Shown here piece by piece: positions 47,868 through 57,662 of a stretch of 64,000 nt of DNA. The DNA lies in the NCBI GenBank assembly GCA_965200555.1, contig OZ241365.1, positions 371,719-435,718 of the forward strand. The letters are read 5' to 3'. The notes beneath the pieces were generated by a model. The model ran no database searches, had not been told where the DNA came from, and saw nothing but the letters and a program-made list of their open reading frames with translations. The translations under genes and the position numbers were made by a program. Within the stretch, counting starts at the first letter, position 1. Each line of letters starts with the position of its first letter. This stretch comes from Dehalococcoidia bacterium (GTDB lineage: Bacteria; Chloroflexota; Dehalococcoidia; UBA2979).

Positions 47868-50099
47868 CTAGACGATGAACTCGTCGACCGAGGGTTCGCC
47901 CAGCACGATCCCGCGCCCCGCGATCCCGCCGTCGTAGCGGCCGAGCCACTCGTAGACGCCGAGACCGCCGATCTCGCTCAGCAGTCCGCGCGGCTGCCGG
48001 CGCAGCGGCGAGGCGTAGAACGGTACGACGTACGGCTGGAGCCGGCGGAGCGCCGGGAAGCCGCCCTGTCCCCTCTGCGCGGCGTCGCGCAGCTCGCCGA
48101 GCAGCTCCCCGATCCGCTCCTCCTCGCCGCCGTAGCGCACGACGACCGGGATCGTCGGATCGATCATCCGGAACCTGTCAGCGACCTTGGGGAAGTTGAA
48201 CTGCTCGCGCAGCGGCTGGATGCCCGCGCCGTCGGTCTCCGTCCCTTCGATCAGCCGCTCGAAGTAGCGGCGCTGGACGCCGAGGTCGTCGAGGCGCATT
48301 TCGGCGCCCGCTTCCGCGAGTGCGATCAGGGCCTGTTGTTTGCCCTGCTTGTACCCAGGCGGCAGCGGCGACGGCTCCGCCGGCTCGAAGACGACGACGC
48401 GGCCCGGCTCCGGCATCCGGCCGTTGCGGTTGCAGCGGCCCGCCGCCTGCACGATCGAGTCGAGCGGGGCGACGGCGCGCAGCACGAGGGGGAAGTCGAT
48501 GTCCACGCCCGCCTCGACCACCTGCGTCGAAACCAGCAGGCACGGCTCGCCCGCATCGAGGCGGCGCTCGACCTCTTCCAGCACGGCGCGGCGATGCGCT
48601 CCGCAGAGCAGCGTCGAGAGATGGAGCGCGCCGTCTTCGCCGGCGGCTTCCAGCGCGCCGAGGAGCGCAAGCGCGTCGCTCTTGGTGTTGACGATCGCGA
48701 GCGCCTGTCCCTGCGGTCCGTCCAGCATCAGGCGGGCGGCATCGTCCCACGCGAGCGGCGCGGCGGGCCGCTCGTACTCGACGCGCCGCAGCGCCCCGAA
48801 CCAGCGCTCCGGCCGCGGCACGATGTCGCGGGCGTCCGCGTCGGCGAACTCCGGAACGGCCTCGAACGCGGGCTGCGTCGCCGTCGAGAGCACGACGGTC
48901 GTGCGGTAGTGCGTGGCGAGGCCGCGCAGGGCGTCGAGGATCGGCGCCAGGAGCTTGCGCGGCAGGCCCTGCGCCTCGTCGAGGATCAGGACGCTGTTGG
49001 CGATCCGGTGCAGTTTCCGCATCCGCCCCGGCCGCCGCTCGAAGAGGCTCTCGAACAGCTGCACGGTCGTCGTGACCACGACGGGCGCGTCCCAGTTCTC
49101 GGCCGCCAGCTTCGCCCAGCCCGGCGCGGACGCGCCGCTCCGTTCGCCTTCGATCAGGTCGCCGGCGTTGCTGTGGTGCTCCAGCACGGCGGGGGCGGCG
49201 TCGCCCGCGCGTTCGAGGATGTCACGCATGGTCTTCGCGGTCTGCGTGGTGATGCTCGTGAACGGCACGGCGACGATCACGCGCCGCTGACCGTGCCGCA
49301 TGGCGTGCCGCAGCGCGAACGCCATGCCCGATCGCGTCTTGCCTCCGCCGGTGGGCGCCGTGAGGCGGAAGAAGCCGGGCGGCTCTCCGGCCGCTTCGAG
49401 GCAGGAGCGGTAGATCGCGTCGCGGGCCTCGTCGACCGGGCCGCCCGCTCCCCCGATCCGCCGCTGGCCGTCCTCAAGGCGGCTCCACAGCTCGGCGAGG
49501 TCCGGAGCGGCGTGCGCCCGCGCGCGTCGCCGTTCCGGCGCGAAGTGCGCCTCCGTGTCGAGCCAGTCCGCGTCCACGAGGCACGAGAACAGCATCCGCA
49601 ACAGCAGGTCTGCTTCGAGCTCCGTGCCGGCGATGCCGGCGGGCGGCGCGAAGTACGGCGCTTTCACGAACTGGTCTCCCAGCAGGCTCCGGGCCGCATC
49701 GCGCGCCTCGCGCAGCTCGCCGTCGCGCCCGTCGATCTGATCGCCGACCGCGCCCCGCATGTCCTGCGGCGTGGACAGCCCGCCGTGGTGTCCGTGCAGC
49801 ACGAGCGGGAAATGCTCGCCCAGATGCTTCTTCGCGATCACCGCGCCCGCGGTCTTGTGGTCCGGACCGCTGCCGCGCCGCGCCTTGCCCGCTTCGCTGC
49901 GGACGAGGTACTGCTGCCAGTCGTCCGCGAGCTTGCCGACGTCGTGCCAGAGGCCGAGCAGCCGTCCGTACTCCGCCATGCCGAACTCGCCCGCGAAGGC
50001 CTCCGCGAGCGCGGCGGTCCCCTCGGCGTGCGCGATCCACTCGTGCCGTTCGCCGTCGCCGTTGGCCGAGTGCGCCCACGGCCCGTTCGTCGCGCTCAT
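47868..50099 (-). CDS. cas3: Cas3 HD nuclease-helicase
   Basis: WHDVGK, HHGGL, LVDADWLD, APTGGGKT, ILDEAQ, QAAGRCNR; ATG 50099 follows AAGGAG. Confidence 0.97.
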   Translation of the reverse strand: MSATNGPWAHSANGDGERHEWIAHAEGTAALAEAFAGEFGMAEYGRLLGLWHDVGKLADDWQQYLVRSEAGKARRGSGPDHKTAGAVIAKKHLGEHFPLVLHGHHGGLSTPQDMRGAVGDQIDGRDGELREARDAARSLLGDQFVKAPYFAPPAGIAGTELEADLLLRMLFSCLVDADWLDTEAHFAPERRRARAHAAPDLAELWSRLEDGQRRIGGAGGPVDEARDAIYRSCLEAAGEPPGFFRLTAPTGGGKTRSGMAFALRHAMRHGQRRVIVAVPFTSITTQTAKTMRDILERAGDAAPAVLEHHSNAGDLIEGERSGASAPGWAKLAAENWDAPVVVTTTVQLFESLFERRPGRMRKLHRIANSVLILDEAQGLPRKLLAPILDALRGLATHYRTTVVLSTATQPAFEAVPEFADADARDIVPRPERWFGALRRVEYERPAAPLAWDDAARLMLDGPQGQALAIVNTKSDALALLGALEAAGEDGALHLSTLLCGAHRRAVLEEVERRLDAGEPCLLVSTQVVEAGVDIDFPLVLRAVAPLDSIVQAAGRCNRNGRMPEPGRVVVFEPAEPSPLPPGYKQGKQQALIALAEAGAEMRLDDLGVQRRYFERLIEGTETDGAGIQPLREQFNFPKVADRFRMIDPTIPVVVRYGGEEERIGELLGELRDAAQRGQGGFPALRRLQPYVVPFYASPLRRQPRGLLSEIGGLGVYEWLGRYDGGIAGRGIVLGEPSVDEFIV

Positions 50100-50391
50100 C
50101 CCGCTCCTTCGCTTTGCGTTCCGTACGCCGCGGTCGATGGCAAACCCCACGCCGCTACCGCTGGGCTTCCTTGCGGCTGGCTGCCGCCTTGTGTTCCTCG
50201 ACTTCGCGGCGAAGCGACGCCACTGATACAAGTACCGTACGCCCTGATTGGTGCTGATATCAAACGCATGTTCCGCAACCTCGCGGCGGAGCGACGCCGC
50301 CCCTTTCCGCCAAGCGGCTTCCGCGCCCTTCCTCTGCCGGCTCTCCCGCAGTCTCAGTTCCGCGAGCACCAGCGCCCTCTCGCGATCCACA

Positions 50392-50511
50392 CGGGTCGAG
50401 GTAGACGAGGTCGACCGAGCCCGCCTCGATGCGGCGCGCGACCTCGACGCCGTCGGCGAGGTGGACGACGCCGCGGACGCCGCCGGCCGGTGCGGGCGCG
50501 GGGGCGGTCAT
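50392..50511 (-). pseudogene. 5' fragment of a site-specific (N4/N6) DNA methyltransferase
   Basis: VVHLADGVEV...GSVDLVYLDP, truncated within the DPP(Y/F) motif at the edge of the cas locus; ATG coupled to the hisB stop. Confidence 0.6.
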
Positions 50512-51107
50512 GCGGTGAGCGTGCCTTTGGTGCTGGGGGGCTCGCCGGGGATGCGGGGGTCGGGGCGCGTGGCCGCGTCGAGGGCGCGCGCGAGCGCCTT
50601 GAAGGCGGCCTCGGCGACGTGGTGGTCGTTGGCGCCCGCCAGCTGGCGGACGTGGAGGGCGACGCGCGCGCCCTGCGCGAAGCTGTGCAGCGCGTGGCCG
50701 ATCATCTGCGTCGGCGCGCCGCCGATGCGCTCCCCCGCCCACGCGAGGCCGATCTCCGCCCAGGGCCGTCCCGAGCAGTCCACCACGGCCTGCACCAGCG
50801 CCTCGTCGAGCGGCACGGTCGCGTCGCCCATCCGCACGATGCCGGCGCGCTCGCCCAGCGCCTCGTCGAAGGCCGCGCCGAGGGCCAGCGCGCAGTCCTC
50901 GATGGTGTGGTGCTCGTCGACGTGGAGGTCGCCCTCGCAGCCGAGTTCGAGGTCGAAGCGGCCGTGCTTCGCGAAGGCCTCGAGCAGGTGGTCGAGGAAG
51001 CCGACGCCGGTCGCGATCCTCGACCGGCCCGCGCCGTCGACGTCGAGTTCGACGCGGATGCGGGTCTCGGCGGTGGCGCGCTCCAGCGTCGCGCGGCGTG
51101 CGGTCAT
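50508..51107 (-). CDS. hisB: Imidazoleglycerol-phosphate dehydratase
   Basis: TGVGFLDHLL, GDLHVDEHHTIED, NDHHVAEAAFKA, PSTKG. Confidence 0.97.
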   Translation of the reverse strand: MTARRATLERATAETRIRVELDVDGAGRSRIATGVGFLDHLLEAFAKHGRFDLELGCEGDLHVDEHHTIEDCALALGAAFDEALGERAGIVRMGDATVPLDEALVQAVVDCSGRPWAEIGLAWAGERIGGAPTQMIGHALHSFAQGARVALHVRQLAGANDHHVAEAAFKALARALDAATRPDPRIPGEPPSTKGTLTA

Positions 51108-52264
51108 GGGGCGGTCCCTTCGAGGTCGGCGCGCGCCCCGTCGAGGGCGGCGAGCAGGCGGTCGCCGTCGGCGGGCGAGCCGGCGGAGATGCGGACGTGG
51201 CGGCGCAGGCGCGGGTCGCCGAAGACGCGCACGAACACGCCGCGCCGCGCCAGCGCCTCGCGCAGCGCCGTACCGTCGCCGGGGACGCCGGCGGCGATGC
51301 GGCAGAGCAGGAAGTTGGCCTGCGAGGGCGCGGGTTCGAGCCAGCCGAGGCCGCGCAGCGCCGCGGCGAGGCGCTCGCGCTCGCCGGCGACGGCGCAGGC
51401 GCGCTCGTCGAGCAGCGCGGCGTCCTCGAGCGAGGCGAGGGCGGCTGCCTCGGCGGCGGCGTTGACGCCGTAGGGCTGCTTGCAGCGCATGAACGCCTCG
51501 GCGATCGGAGCGGGCATCACGCCGTAGCCGACGCGCAGCCCGGCGAGGCCGGCCCACTTGCTGAAGGTGCGGAGCACGATCAGCGGAACCTCGCCCGAGG
51601 CTGCCCGCGCCGCCAGCGAGTCTCCGTGCGAGAACTCGGCGTAGGCCTCGTCGACGACGAGCAGCGCGCCGCCGGCGAGCAGCCGCCCGGCGAGATCGGG
51701 CGGGAGCAGGCCGCCGGTGGGGTTGTTGGGCGAGGGCAGGAACACGGCCTTCGCCCCCTCCGCGGCGGCGGCGAGGGCCTCGGCGTCGAGGTCCCAGTCC
51801 GGCTCCGTGCGCGGGGCGTCGAGGAGCCTCGCCCCGGCGAGGCGCGCGCCGAAGGCGTACATCCCGAACGTGGGCGAGGCGACGGCGACGGCGTCGCCGG
51901 GGTCGACGAAGACGCGGAACACGAGGTCGATCAGCTCGTCGGCGCCGGCTCCGGCGACGACGCAGGCGGGCGGCACGCCGTGGCGCGCGGCGAGGGCGGC
52001 GCGCAGCCGCCGCTGCTCCGGGTCGGGGTAGCGGTGGACGGGCAGCGGCCCGCGCAGCGCCTCGAGCGCGCGCGGCGAGGGGCCGTAGGGGTTCTCGTTG
52101 GCGTCGAGCTTGACCACGGCGGCGGGGTCGAGGCCGTAGCGGGCGGCGAGCGCCTCGGGCGGCTCGACCGGCTCGTAGCCGGCCATGCCGCGCAGCGGCG
52201 GGCGCAACGCCGCGTCGAGGTCGCCGAGGGGGAAGCGGGGCGCGGGGGGCGGGGCGGGCGGCAT
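51104..52264 (-). CDS. hisC: Histidinol-phosphate aminotransferase
   Basis: KLDANENP, SPNNPTG, VDEAY, RTFSKWAGLAGLRVGY. Confidence 0.96.
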   Translation of the reverse strand: MPPAPPPAPRFPLGDLDAALRPPLRGMAGYEPVEPPEALAARYGLDPAAVVKLDANENPYGPSPRALEALRGPLPVHRYPDPEQRRLRAALAARHGVPPACVVAGAGADELIDLVFRVFVDPGDAVAVASPTFGMYAFGARLAGARLLDAPRTEPDWDLDAEALAAAAEGAKAVFLPSPNNPTGGLLPPDLAGRLLAGGALLVVDEAYAEFSHGDSLAARAASGEVPLIVLRTFSKWAGLAGLRVGYGVMPAPIAEAFMRCKQPYGVNAAAEAAALASLEDAALLDERACAVAGERERLAAALRGLGWLEPAPSQANFLLCRIAAGVPGDGTALREALARRGVFVRVFGDPRLRRHVRISAGSPADGDRLLAALDGARADLEGTAP

Positions 52265-53610
52265 CAGCGGCCCTCGATCCGGCGCTCGATCGAGCGGGCG
52301 TGGCCAGTCAGCCCCTCGGCGCGCGCGAGGCGGGCGGCGTGGGGGCCGAGCAGCGCGAGGCCGTCCTCGGGCAGCGCGACGACGGAGGTGATCCTGAGGA
52401 AGTCGAGCACCGACAGCGGCGAGGCCCAGCGCGCCGAGCCGCCCGTCGGCATGACGTGGCTCGGCCCCGCGACGTAGTCGCCGAGCACCTCCGGCGAGTG
52501 CTCGCCGACGAAGACGCCGCCGGCGCAGGCGATGCGGTCGGCGAGCGCCGCCGGGTCGCGCACGAGCAGGCAGCAGTGCTCCGGCGCGAACTCGTTGGCG
52601 AGCGCCACCGCCTCGTCGAGGTCGGCGGCGACGACGGCGCCGCCACGCCCGATCGCAGCGCGCGCGATCGCGCCGCGTTCGAGGCCGGCCAGCTGCGCCT
52701 CGACGGCCTCGCGCACCGCCTCGGCGAGGCCGCGATCGGTGGTCACGAGCACGGGCGTGGCGAGGACGTCGTGCTCGGCCTGCGCGAGCAGGTCGGCGGC
52801 GCAGAGGTCGGGCGGCGCGGCGTCGTCGGCGAGCACCAGCGTCTCGGTCGGCCCGTAGAGGGCGTCGATGCCGACCTCGCCGAAGAGCTGGCGCTTGGCG
52901 AGGGTGACGAAGAGGTTGCCGGGGCCGAAGACCTTGTCCACGCGCGGGATCGTCTCGGTGCCGAGCGCGAGCGCGGCGACGGCCTGCGCGCCGGAGGCGC
53001 GGAACACCCTCCCGACGCCCGCGATGCGCGCGGCGGCGAGTTTGAGCGGGTGCACGCTTCCGCCGGGCTGCGCGGCGGTCACGCCGACGAGCTCGGGCAC
53101 GCCGGCGACGGCCCCCGGCAGCGCGGTGTGCAGCACCGAGGACGGCAGCACGGCGGCGCTGCCCGCCATGTAGACGCCCGCGCGCGCGATCGGCCGCACC
53201 GTCTGGCCCAGGCCCTCGAACAGGAACGAGCGCGGGCCGTGCTCCAGCTGCAGCTCGTGGTAGACGCGCACGCGCTCGGCCGCGTAGCGCAGCGACTCGA
53301 CGACGTCCGGCGGGGCCGCCGCGAGCGCCGCCTCGAACTCCTCGGGGGCGACCTCCATCGGCGCGTCGGCGGAGCCGTCGAGGCGCCGCGACCAGCGGCG
53401 CACGGCCTCGTCGCCCTCGCGCCGCACGTCCCCGACGATGCGCGCGACGGCCTCGTCCGCGCCGAGGTCCTCGCCGAACGCCTCGCGGATCGAGGCGCGC
53501 ACGGCGTCCGGCAGCGCGGGCGCGCCGCCGGGGTCGCGGCGCAGCACGCTCGCGCGCGCCGCCGCGGCCCCCTCGACGATCCGCAGCGCGTAGGCCGCCT
53601 CGCCGGTCAT
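52264..53610 (-). CDS. hisD: Histidinol dehydrogenase
   Basis: GAQAVAAL, GPGNLFV, GPTE, LAQAEHD, APEH, GDYVAGPSHVMPTGG. Confidence 0.97.
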   Translation of the reverse strand: MTGEAAYALRIVEGAAAARASVLRRDPGGAPALPDAVRASIREAFGEDLGADEAVARIVGDVRREGDEAVRRWSRRLDGSADAPMEVAPEEFEAALAAAPPDVVESLRYAAERVRVYHELQLEHGPRSFLFEGLGQTVRPIARAGVYMAGSAAVLPSSVLHTALPGAVAGVPELVGVTAAQPGGSVHPLKLAAARIAGVGRVFRASGAQAVAALALGTETIPRVDKVFGPGNLFVTLAKRQLFGEVGIDALYGPTETLVLADDAAPPDLCAADLLAQAEHDVLATPVLVTTDRGLAEAVREAVEAQLAGLERGAIARAAIGRGGAVVAADLDEAVALANEFAPEHCCLLVRDPAALADRIACAGGVFVGEHSPEVLGDYVAGPSHVMPTGGSARWASPLSVLDFLRITSVVALPEDGLALLGPHAARLARAEGLTGHARSIERRIEGR

Positions 53611-54362
53611 CGCGGCGGCAGGTACTCGCGCAGGCGGTCGAACGCCAGCTCGGTCGCCTCCTCGGCGTAGCGGGCGACGCGCTCCTCGCTGACGTGTCCG
53701 ATCGCCTCGCTCACGATCTTCGGCGGGTCCTCGCCGAGTTCCTCGATGCGCTCTTCGCTGTAGCCGGCGCGGCGGAGGTGGATCTGCATGACGCGCGGGA
53801 AGCGCTCCCAGTCGGGGCGCTGGCGGGTGATGCCGCGCGTGAAGTCGCGCCACTCCGGCCACAGCGCGTCGTCGATGAACGGCGTTCCGACCGCGGACTG
53901 CGAGGCGTCGATGGCCGCGCGCACGTCGGCGAGCGCCGCGTCGTCGCCCAGCTCGCGGCGGTTCATCTCGTACTGCAGCGCGCGGTCGAGCACGTTCGCC
54001 CAGAGGTCTCCGCCCAGCGGCGAGCGTTCGCCGAAGTAGACGCGGTAGACGCTCTGGATGTAGTGCTCGTCCATGAGCAGGTGCGTCACGTAGCCGGCGA
54101 CGAACGCGCGCATCCCGGCGTCGAGGCTCACCGCGTCGCCGAGCTCGGGGTGGGCCTCGAACATGCGCGCCACCGAGTCCTGCTCCCCGAAGTCGTCGAG
54201 GTCGAAGAAGTGGGTGAGGCGGCGGTCCACGCGCATGAGGATACGCATGTCGGGCGCCGTCGAGCCGAGGTAGTAGGCGCCGCGATCGGCGTCGATGTGC
54301 GGGCTGCCCAGCCGCGAGGCCAGCCCGTAGGCGCTCGTCAGGTGCGAACCGAGCGACGGCAT
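53607..54362 (-). CDS. Zinc-dependent phospholipase C family protein
   Basis: MP...H N-terminus, YLGSTAPD, THFF, GYVTHLLMD. Confidence 0.8.
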   Translation of the reverse strand: MPSLGSHLTSAYGLASRLGSPHIDADRGAYYLGSTAPDMRILMRVDRRLTHFFDLDDFGEQDSVARMFEAHPELGDAVSLDAGMRAFVAGYVTHLLMDEHYIQSVYRVYFGERSPLGGDLWANVLDRALQYEMNRRELGDDAALADVRAAIDASQSAVGTPFIDDALWPEWRDFTRGITRQRPDWERFPRVMQIHLRRAGYSEERIEELGEDPPKIVSEAIGHVSEERVARYAEEATELAFDRLREYLPPR

Positions 54363-54385
54363 CCGCGCGACTCCTCGCCCCGATG

Positions 54386-55870
54386 CTACGACGGCTCGCC
54401 GTCGCCCGCCCGTTGCGCCGCCGCCGCCAGCCGCTCCACCAGCCGGTCGCGCAGCTCGCCGCGCGCCCCCGGCGGGCGCTCCGCCGCCCCGATCACGCAG
54501 TTCGTCGACTCCATGATCACGTCGATCATACGGAGCCGGTTGGCGCGCAGGGTGGCCCCCGTCTCCGAACCCTCGATCAGGATCTCGGCGTCGTCGGGCA
54601 CGAAGCCCTCCGACGCCCCCGCGATCGGGATCACGCGGTAGCGCCCCAGCTGGCGCTCGCGCGCGTAGTGGTCGGCCAGCTCGGCGTACTCCGAGGCGAC
54701 GCGGATCGCGCGCCGGGGGTCGCCGCGCCGCCACCACGCGACGGCCCCGGCGATCGTCTCGGCGGGCACGTCCGCGGAGACGACGGCGCCCATGCGGTAG
54801 CGGCTGCGCCGCAGGTCGCACAGCTCGGCCACGGGCGAGGCGGGAAACGCCGCGAGGTGCGCGGCCAGCCAGTCGCGTCCCGTCAGCGCGAGGTCGAAGC
54901 AGCCGAGGGCGACCGCGCGCGGCATGTCCTGCGGGCGGATCACCTTCACCTCCACGCCGCCGATCGGCGAGCTGGGCCGCCGCACGGCGCGCTCCTCGCC
55001 GTAGCCGCCGAAGGCGATGCCGGCGGCGGCCAGCGCGCGCACCGTGTGGCGCTGCGCGTGGCCGTCGGGCGCCGCGATCCGCAGCGCCCCCCCATCGGGC
55101 CTCGCCCCCTCCGATCGCGGCCCGGCGGGGCGCGCCGGCGCGGCGAGGGAGGCGGGACGCGCGGGGCCGTCGCCGCCGCCGGGGTCGCGGGGGCGCGGGG
55201 GCAGCCGCAGCAGCGGCTCCAGCGCCTCGCCCAGGTCGCGTTCGGCGAGCGAGCGGCGGTGGGCGACGAGCCACGCCGAGCCGCGGTGCAGCTCGGCGAC
55301 GGCGCGCAGGCCCTCCGCGGCGAGCGCGGGCGGCTCCGCGCCGTCCTCGCCGCCGCCGGGGACGGCGAGGACGGCGGCGTCGGCGTCCTCGGGCGGCCAC
55401 GCCTGGGGCTGGCCCCAGACCTCGATCAGCCGGTAGTCGGGGACGCGCAGCGCGTTGAGGTAGCGCGCCGTGAGGTGCGGGTGCGTCGTCGCGACGCGCA
55501 GCGGGCGCCGCGCGGCCAGCCCCGCCGGCGTCTCGCCGGGCGCCGCCGCCAGCACCACGCGCTCGCTGCCGAGGTCGAGCGCGCGCAGCGGCGCGATCGT
55601 GTCGTGCCCGAAGCGCGTCACCAGCTCGTCGATCGCCGACAGGCTCGTGACGCCGAGGTCGTACTGCCCCAGCGCGATCTGGATCGGAATGTCGGCGTCG
55701 GAGAACACGCGCACCGCCACGCGCGAGCGGCCCTCGACGGCGAAGCGGTAGGCGCGCGATCCCTCGCCGTAGCCGATTGCCGCGAAGCCCGCCGCCGCCA
55801 GCCGTTCGGCCAGCGGCGCGCGCAGCCCGCCGCGCGGCAGCGCGACGCGGATCGCGCCGTCCGCGCTCAC
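54386..55870 (-). CDS. hisG: ATP phosphoribosyltransferase with two tandem short-form HisG domains
   Basis: Two copies of the RxAxPxG...D(I/M)P...G..DL module; only the second has ETGATLRANRL. Confidence 0.88.
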   Translation of the reverse strand: MSADGAIRVALPRGGLRAPLAERLAAAGFAAIGYGEGSRAYRFAVEGRSRVAVRVFSDADIPIQIALGQYDLGVTSLSAIDELVTRFGHDTIAPLRALDLGSERVVLAAAPGETPAGLAARRPLRVATTHPHLTARYLNALRVPDYRLIEVWGQPQAWPPEDADAAVLAVPGGGEDGAEPPALAAEGLRAVAELHRGSAWLVAHRRSLAERDLGEALEPLLRLPPRPRDPGGGDGPARPASLAAPARPAGPRSEGARPDGGALRIAAPDGHAQRHTVRALAAAGIAFGGYGEERAVRRPSSPIGGVEVKVIRPQDMPRAVALGCFDLALTGRDWLAAHLAAFPASPVAELCDLRRSRYRMGAVVSADVPAETIAGAVAWWRRGDPRRAIRVASEYAELADHYARERQLGRYRVIPIAGASEGFVPDDAEILIEGSETGATLRANRLRMIDVIMESTNCVIGAAERPPGARGELRDRLVERLAAAAQRAGDGEPS

Positions 55871-56931
55871 GGCGCGCCCTCGCCGCCCTCGCCGCCGCCG
55901 TCCGCGAGCTCGGCGAGGCCCAGCAGGTCGGCGGCGAAGCCCGATGCCGCGTCCGGCCGCCCGCCGATCGTCTCCGCGAGCCGCGTCCGGCCGCCCGATC
56001 GTCTCCGCGAGGCCGTCGTAGCGCCCGCCGCGCAGGCGCTCGGCGCCGCCCGCGAGGAAGCGGAAGGTGACGCCCGTGTAGTACTCGAAGTTGCCCGTGG
56101 CGGCGGCGGCGACGCGGAACGGGCAGCCGCCTCGCCGAGCACGCGCGCCGCCGCCTCCAGCTCGGCGATCGGCGCCTCGGCGGCGGGGACGGCGGCGGTC
56201 AGCGCCGCGCGCAGGTTCGCGAGGTAGCCCGCGCCCTCGCCCGCGACGCCGAGCAGCACGCGCAGCGCGGGCGCCTGCGAGGGGTGGGCGTCGGCGAGTT
56301 CGGCGATCACCGCCTCGTCGCCCTCCAGCAGGCGATCGCGCGCCGCGAGCTGCGCGGCGGCGTCGAGGCCCGTCGCCGCCAGCGCCTCGCGCACGAGGCC
56401 GCCGTGCGAGAGTTCGGCGCTCACGCCGCCCGCGCCCAGCGCCGACAGCAGGCCGAGCGCCAGCCGCAGCAGCTCGGCGTCGCCCTCGGGCGCGGCGAGG
56501 CCGAACAGCTCGACGCCGCACTGCCACTGCTCGCGCTGGCCGCCGCCGGGGGCGAAGCGGTAGACGGGCTGCACGTAGCAGAGCCGCGACGCCCCGCCGT
56601 CGGCGCGCTCCTCGCGCCAGCGCACCGCCGGCAGCGTGCTGTCGGGCCGCAGCACCACGCGCTCGCCGCTCCAGCCGTCCCAGTCGAGGAAGGAGTAGAC
56701 GCGGTCGAGCATCCGCGGCGAGAGCGCGCCAGCGCCCGTGAAGAGGTGCAGCGGCTCCACCGTCGGCGTGCGGATCTCGGCGTAGCCCGCCCCCGCGGCG
56801 ACCTCGAGGAAGCGCGCCTCGGCGGCGCGGAAGCGCCGCATCGCGGCCGGCCCGAGGTCGCGCATACCGGGGCTGCGCGGGTACGCCGCGCCGCCGTCCG
56901 CCGGCTCCGTCTCCCCGCTCCCGCCGCTCAT
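55867..56931 (-). CDS. hisZ: ATP phosphoribosyltransferase regulatory subunit (internal out-of-frame segment)
   Basis: GMRD, EIRTPTVE, VLRPDST, YVQPVYR, QCGVE; FEYYTG and GGRYD lie in another frame between about 56128 and 55981. Confidence 0.85.
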   Translation of the reverse strand: MSGGSGETEPADGGAAYPRSPGMRDLGPAAMRRFRAAEARFLEVAAGAGYAEIRTPTVEPLHLFTGAGALSPRMLDRVYSFLDWDGWSGERVVLRPDSTLPAVRWREERADGGASRLCYVQPVYRFAPGGGQREQWQCGVELFGLAAPEGDAELLRLALGLLSALGAGGVSAELSHGGLVREALAATGLDAAAQLAARDRLLEGDEAVIAELADAHPSQAPALRVLLGVAGEGAGYLANLRAALTAAVPAAEAPIAELEAAARVLGEAAARSASPPPPRATSSTTRASPSASSRAAPSACAAGATTASRRRSGGRTRLAETIGGRPDAASGFAADLLGLAELADGGGEGGEGAP

Positions 56932-57168
56932 CGCGCGTCCCGTCGCCGCCCGCGCCGGCCGCGGACGCGAAAACGCCGCGGCGTCCCCCGCCGCGGCGCG
57001 CTTCCGGCATCGGGCGGACGGCTACCGATGCGCGCGGCCCCGCGACGGCCTGCGATGGCCTCCGCCCGCATGATCGCCCTCGCCCTGCCGGGTCCTCGCC
57101 TCGTCCCCCATGCGTTGAGCGTGACCGCCCCCCCGCCGTGCGTCAACCCGCGCCGCGCGCGGCCTGCG

Positions 57169-57615
57169 TCAGCGCTCCCGCACGGCGAGGGCCACGGCGT
57201 AGCGGATCAGCTGATCGAGGTCCGGTAACGCTTCGAGCGATACGGGTGTGCGTCCGGTCTCCTCGCCGGTGGCGGGGTCCGGCAGGTGGAGGTGCAGGCC
57301 GCCGTGCGCCATGTCGTAACGGAACAGCACCCGTCGCTCGCTGCCTGCGTCGCGCCATGCGTGGTAGGTGTAATCGACGCCGCGCACCTCGGTGCGCCCG
57401 TCGCGGCGCGTGCGCGCCTCCAGCCGCGTGTCGGCGTAGACGGAGGCGCCGAACGCGCACCTGATCCGCCCTTCGACGCGCACCCGCGCGAGACGACCGC
57501 GCGCGTCGGTCAGGTCGGAGACGGAGAGACCGCCGCCGAGGACGATCCCTTCGTCGTCGAGTTCCCTCGGCTGCCGCCACAGGACGGTCAGGTACTCGTC
57601 GTAGTCCGGCCAGTC
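57169..57615 (-). CDS. DUF6516/TumE-like toxin
   Basis: YTYH...LFRYDMAHGGLHLH motif. The frame stays open upstream of GTG 57483 to DWPDYDEYL and overlaps the antitoxin end; start uncertain. Confidence 0.65.
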   Translation of the reverse strand, partial: DWPDYDEYLTVLWRQPRELDDEGIVLGGGLSVSDLTDARGRLARVRVEGRIRCAFGASVYADTRLEARTRRDGRTEVRGVDYTYHAWRDAGSERRVLFRYDMAHGGLHLHLPDPATGEETGRTPVSLEALPDLDQLIRYAVALAVRER

Positions 57616-57662
57616 GCGGGGCCGGCGAGGGCGCGGAGGTCCTGGAGGCGTCGGTACCTAGC

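Noticed and set aside
50269-50278. 10-nt match (TGTTCCGCAA) of the mini-array spacer upstream of cas3
   Set aside because: Spacer positions 1-2 mismatch and there is no TTN PAM, so it is not claimed as a target, although it is worth including in a reporter test.
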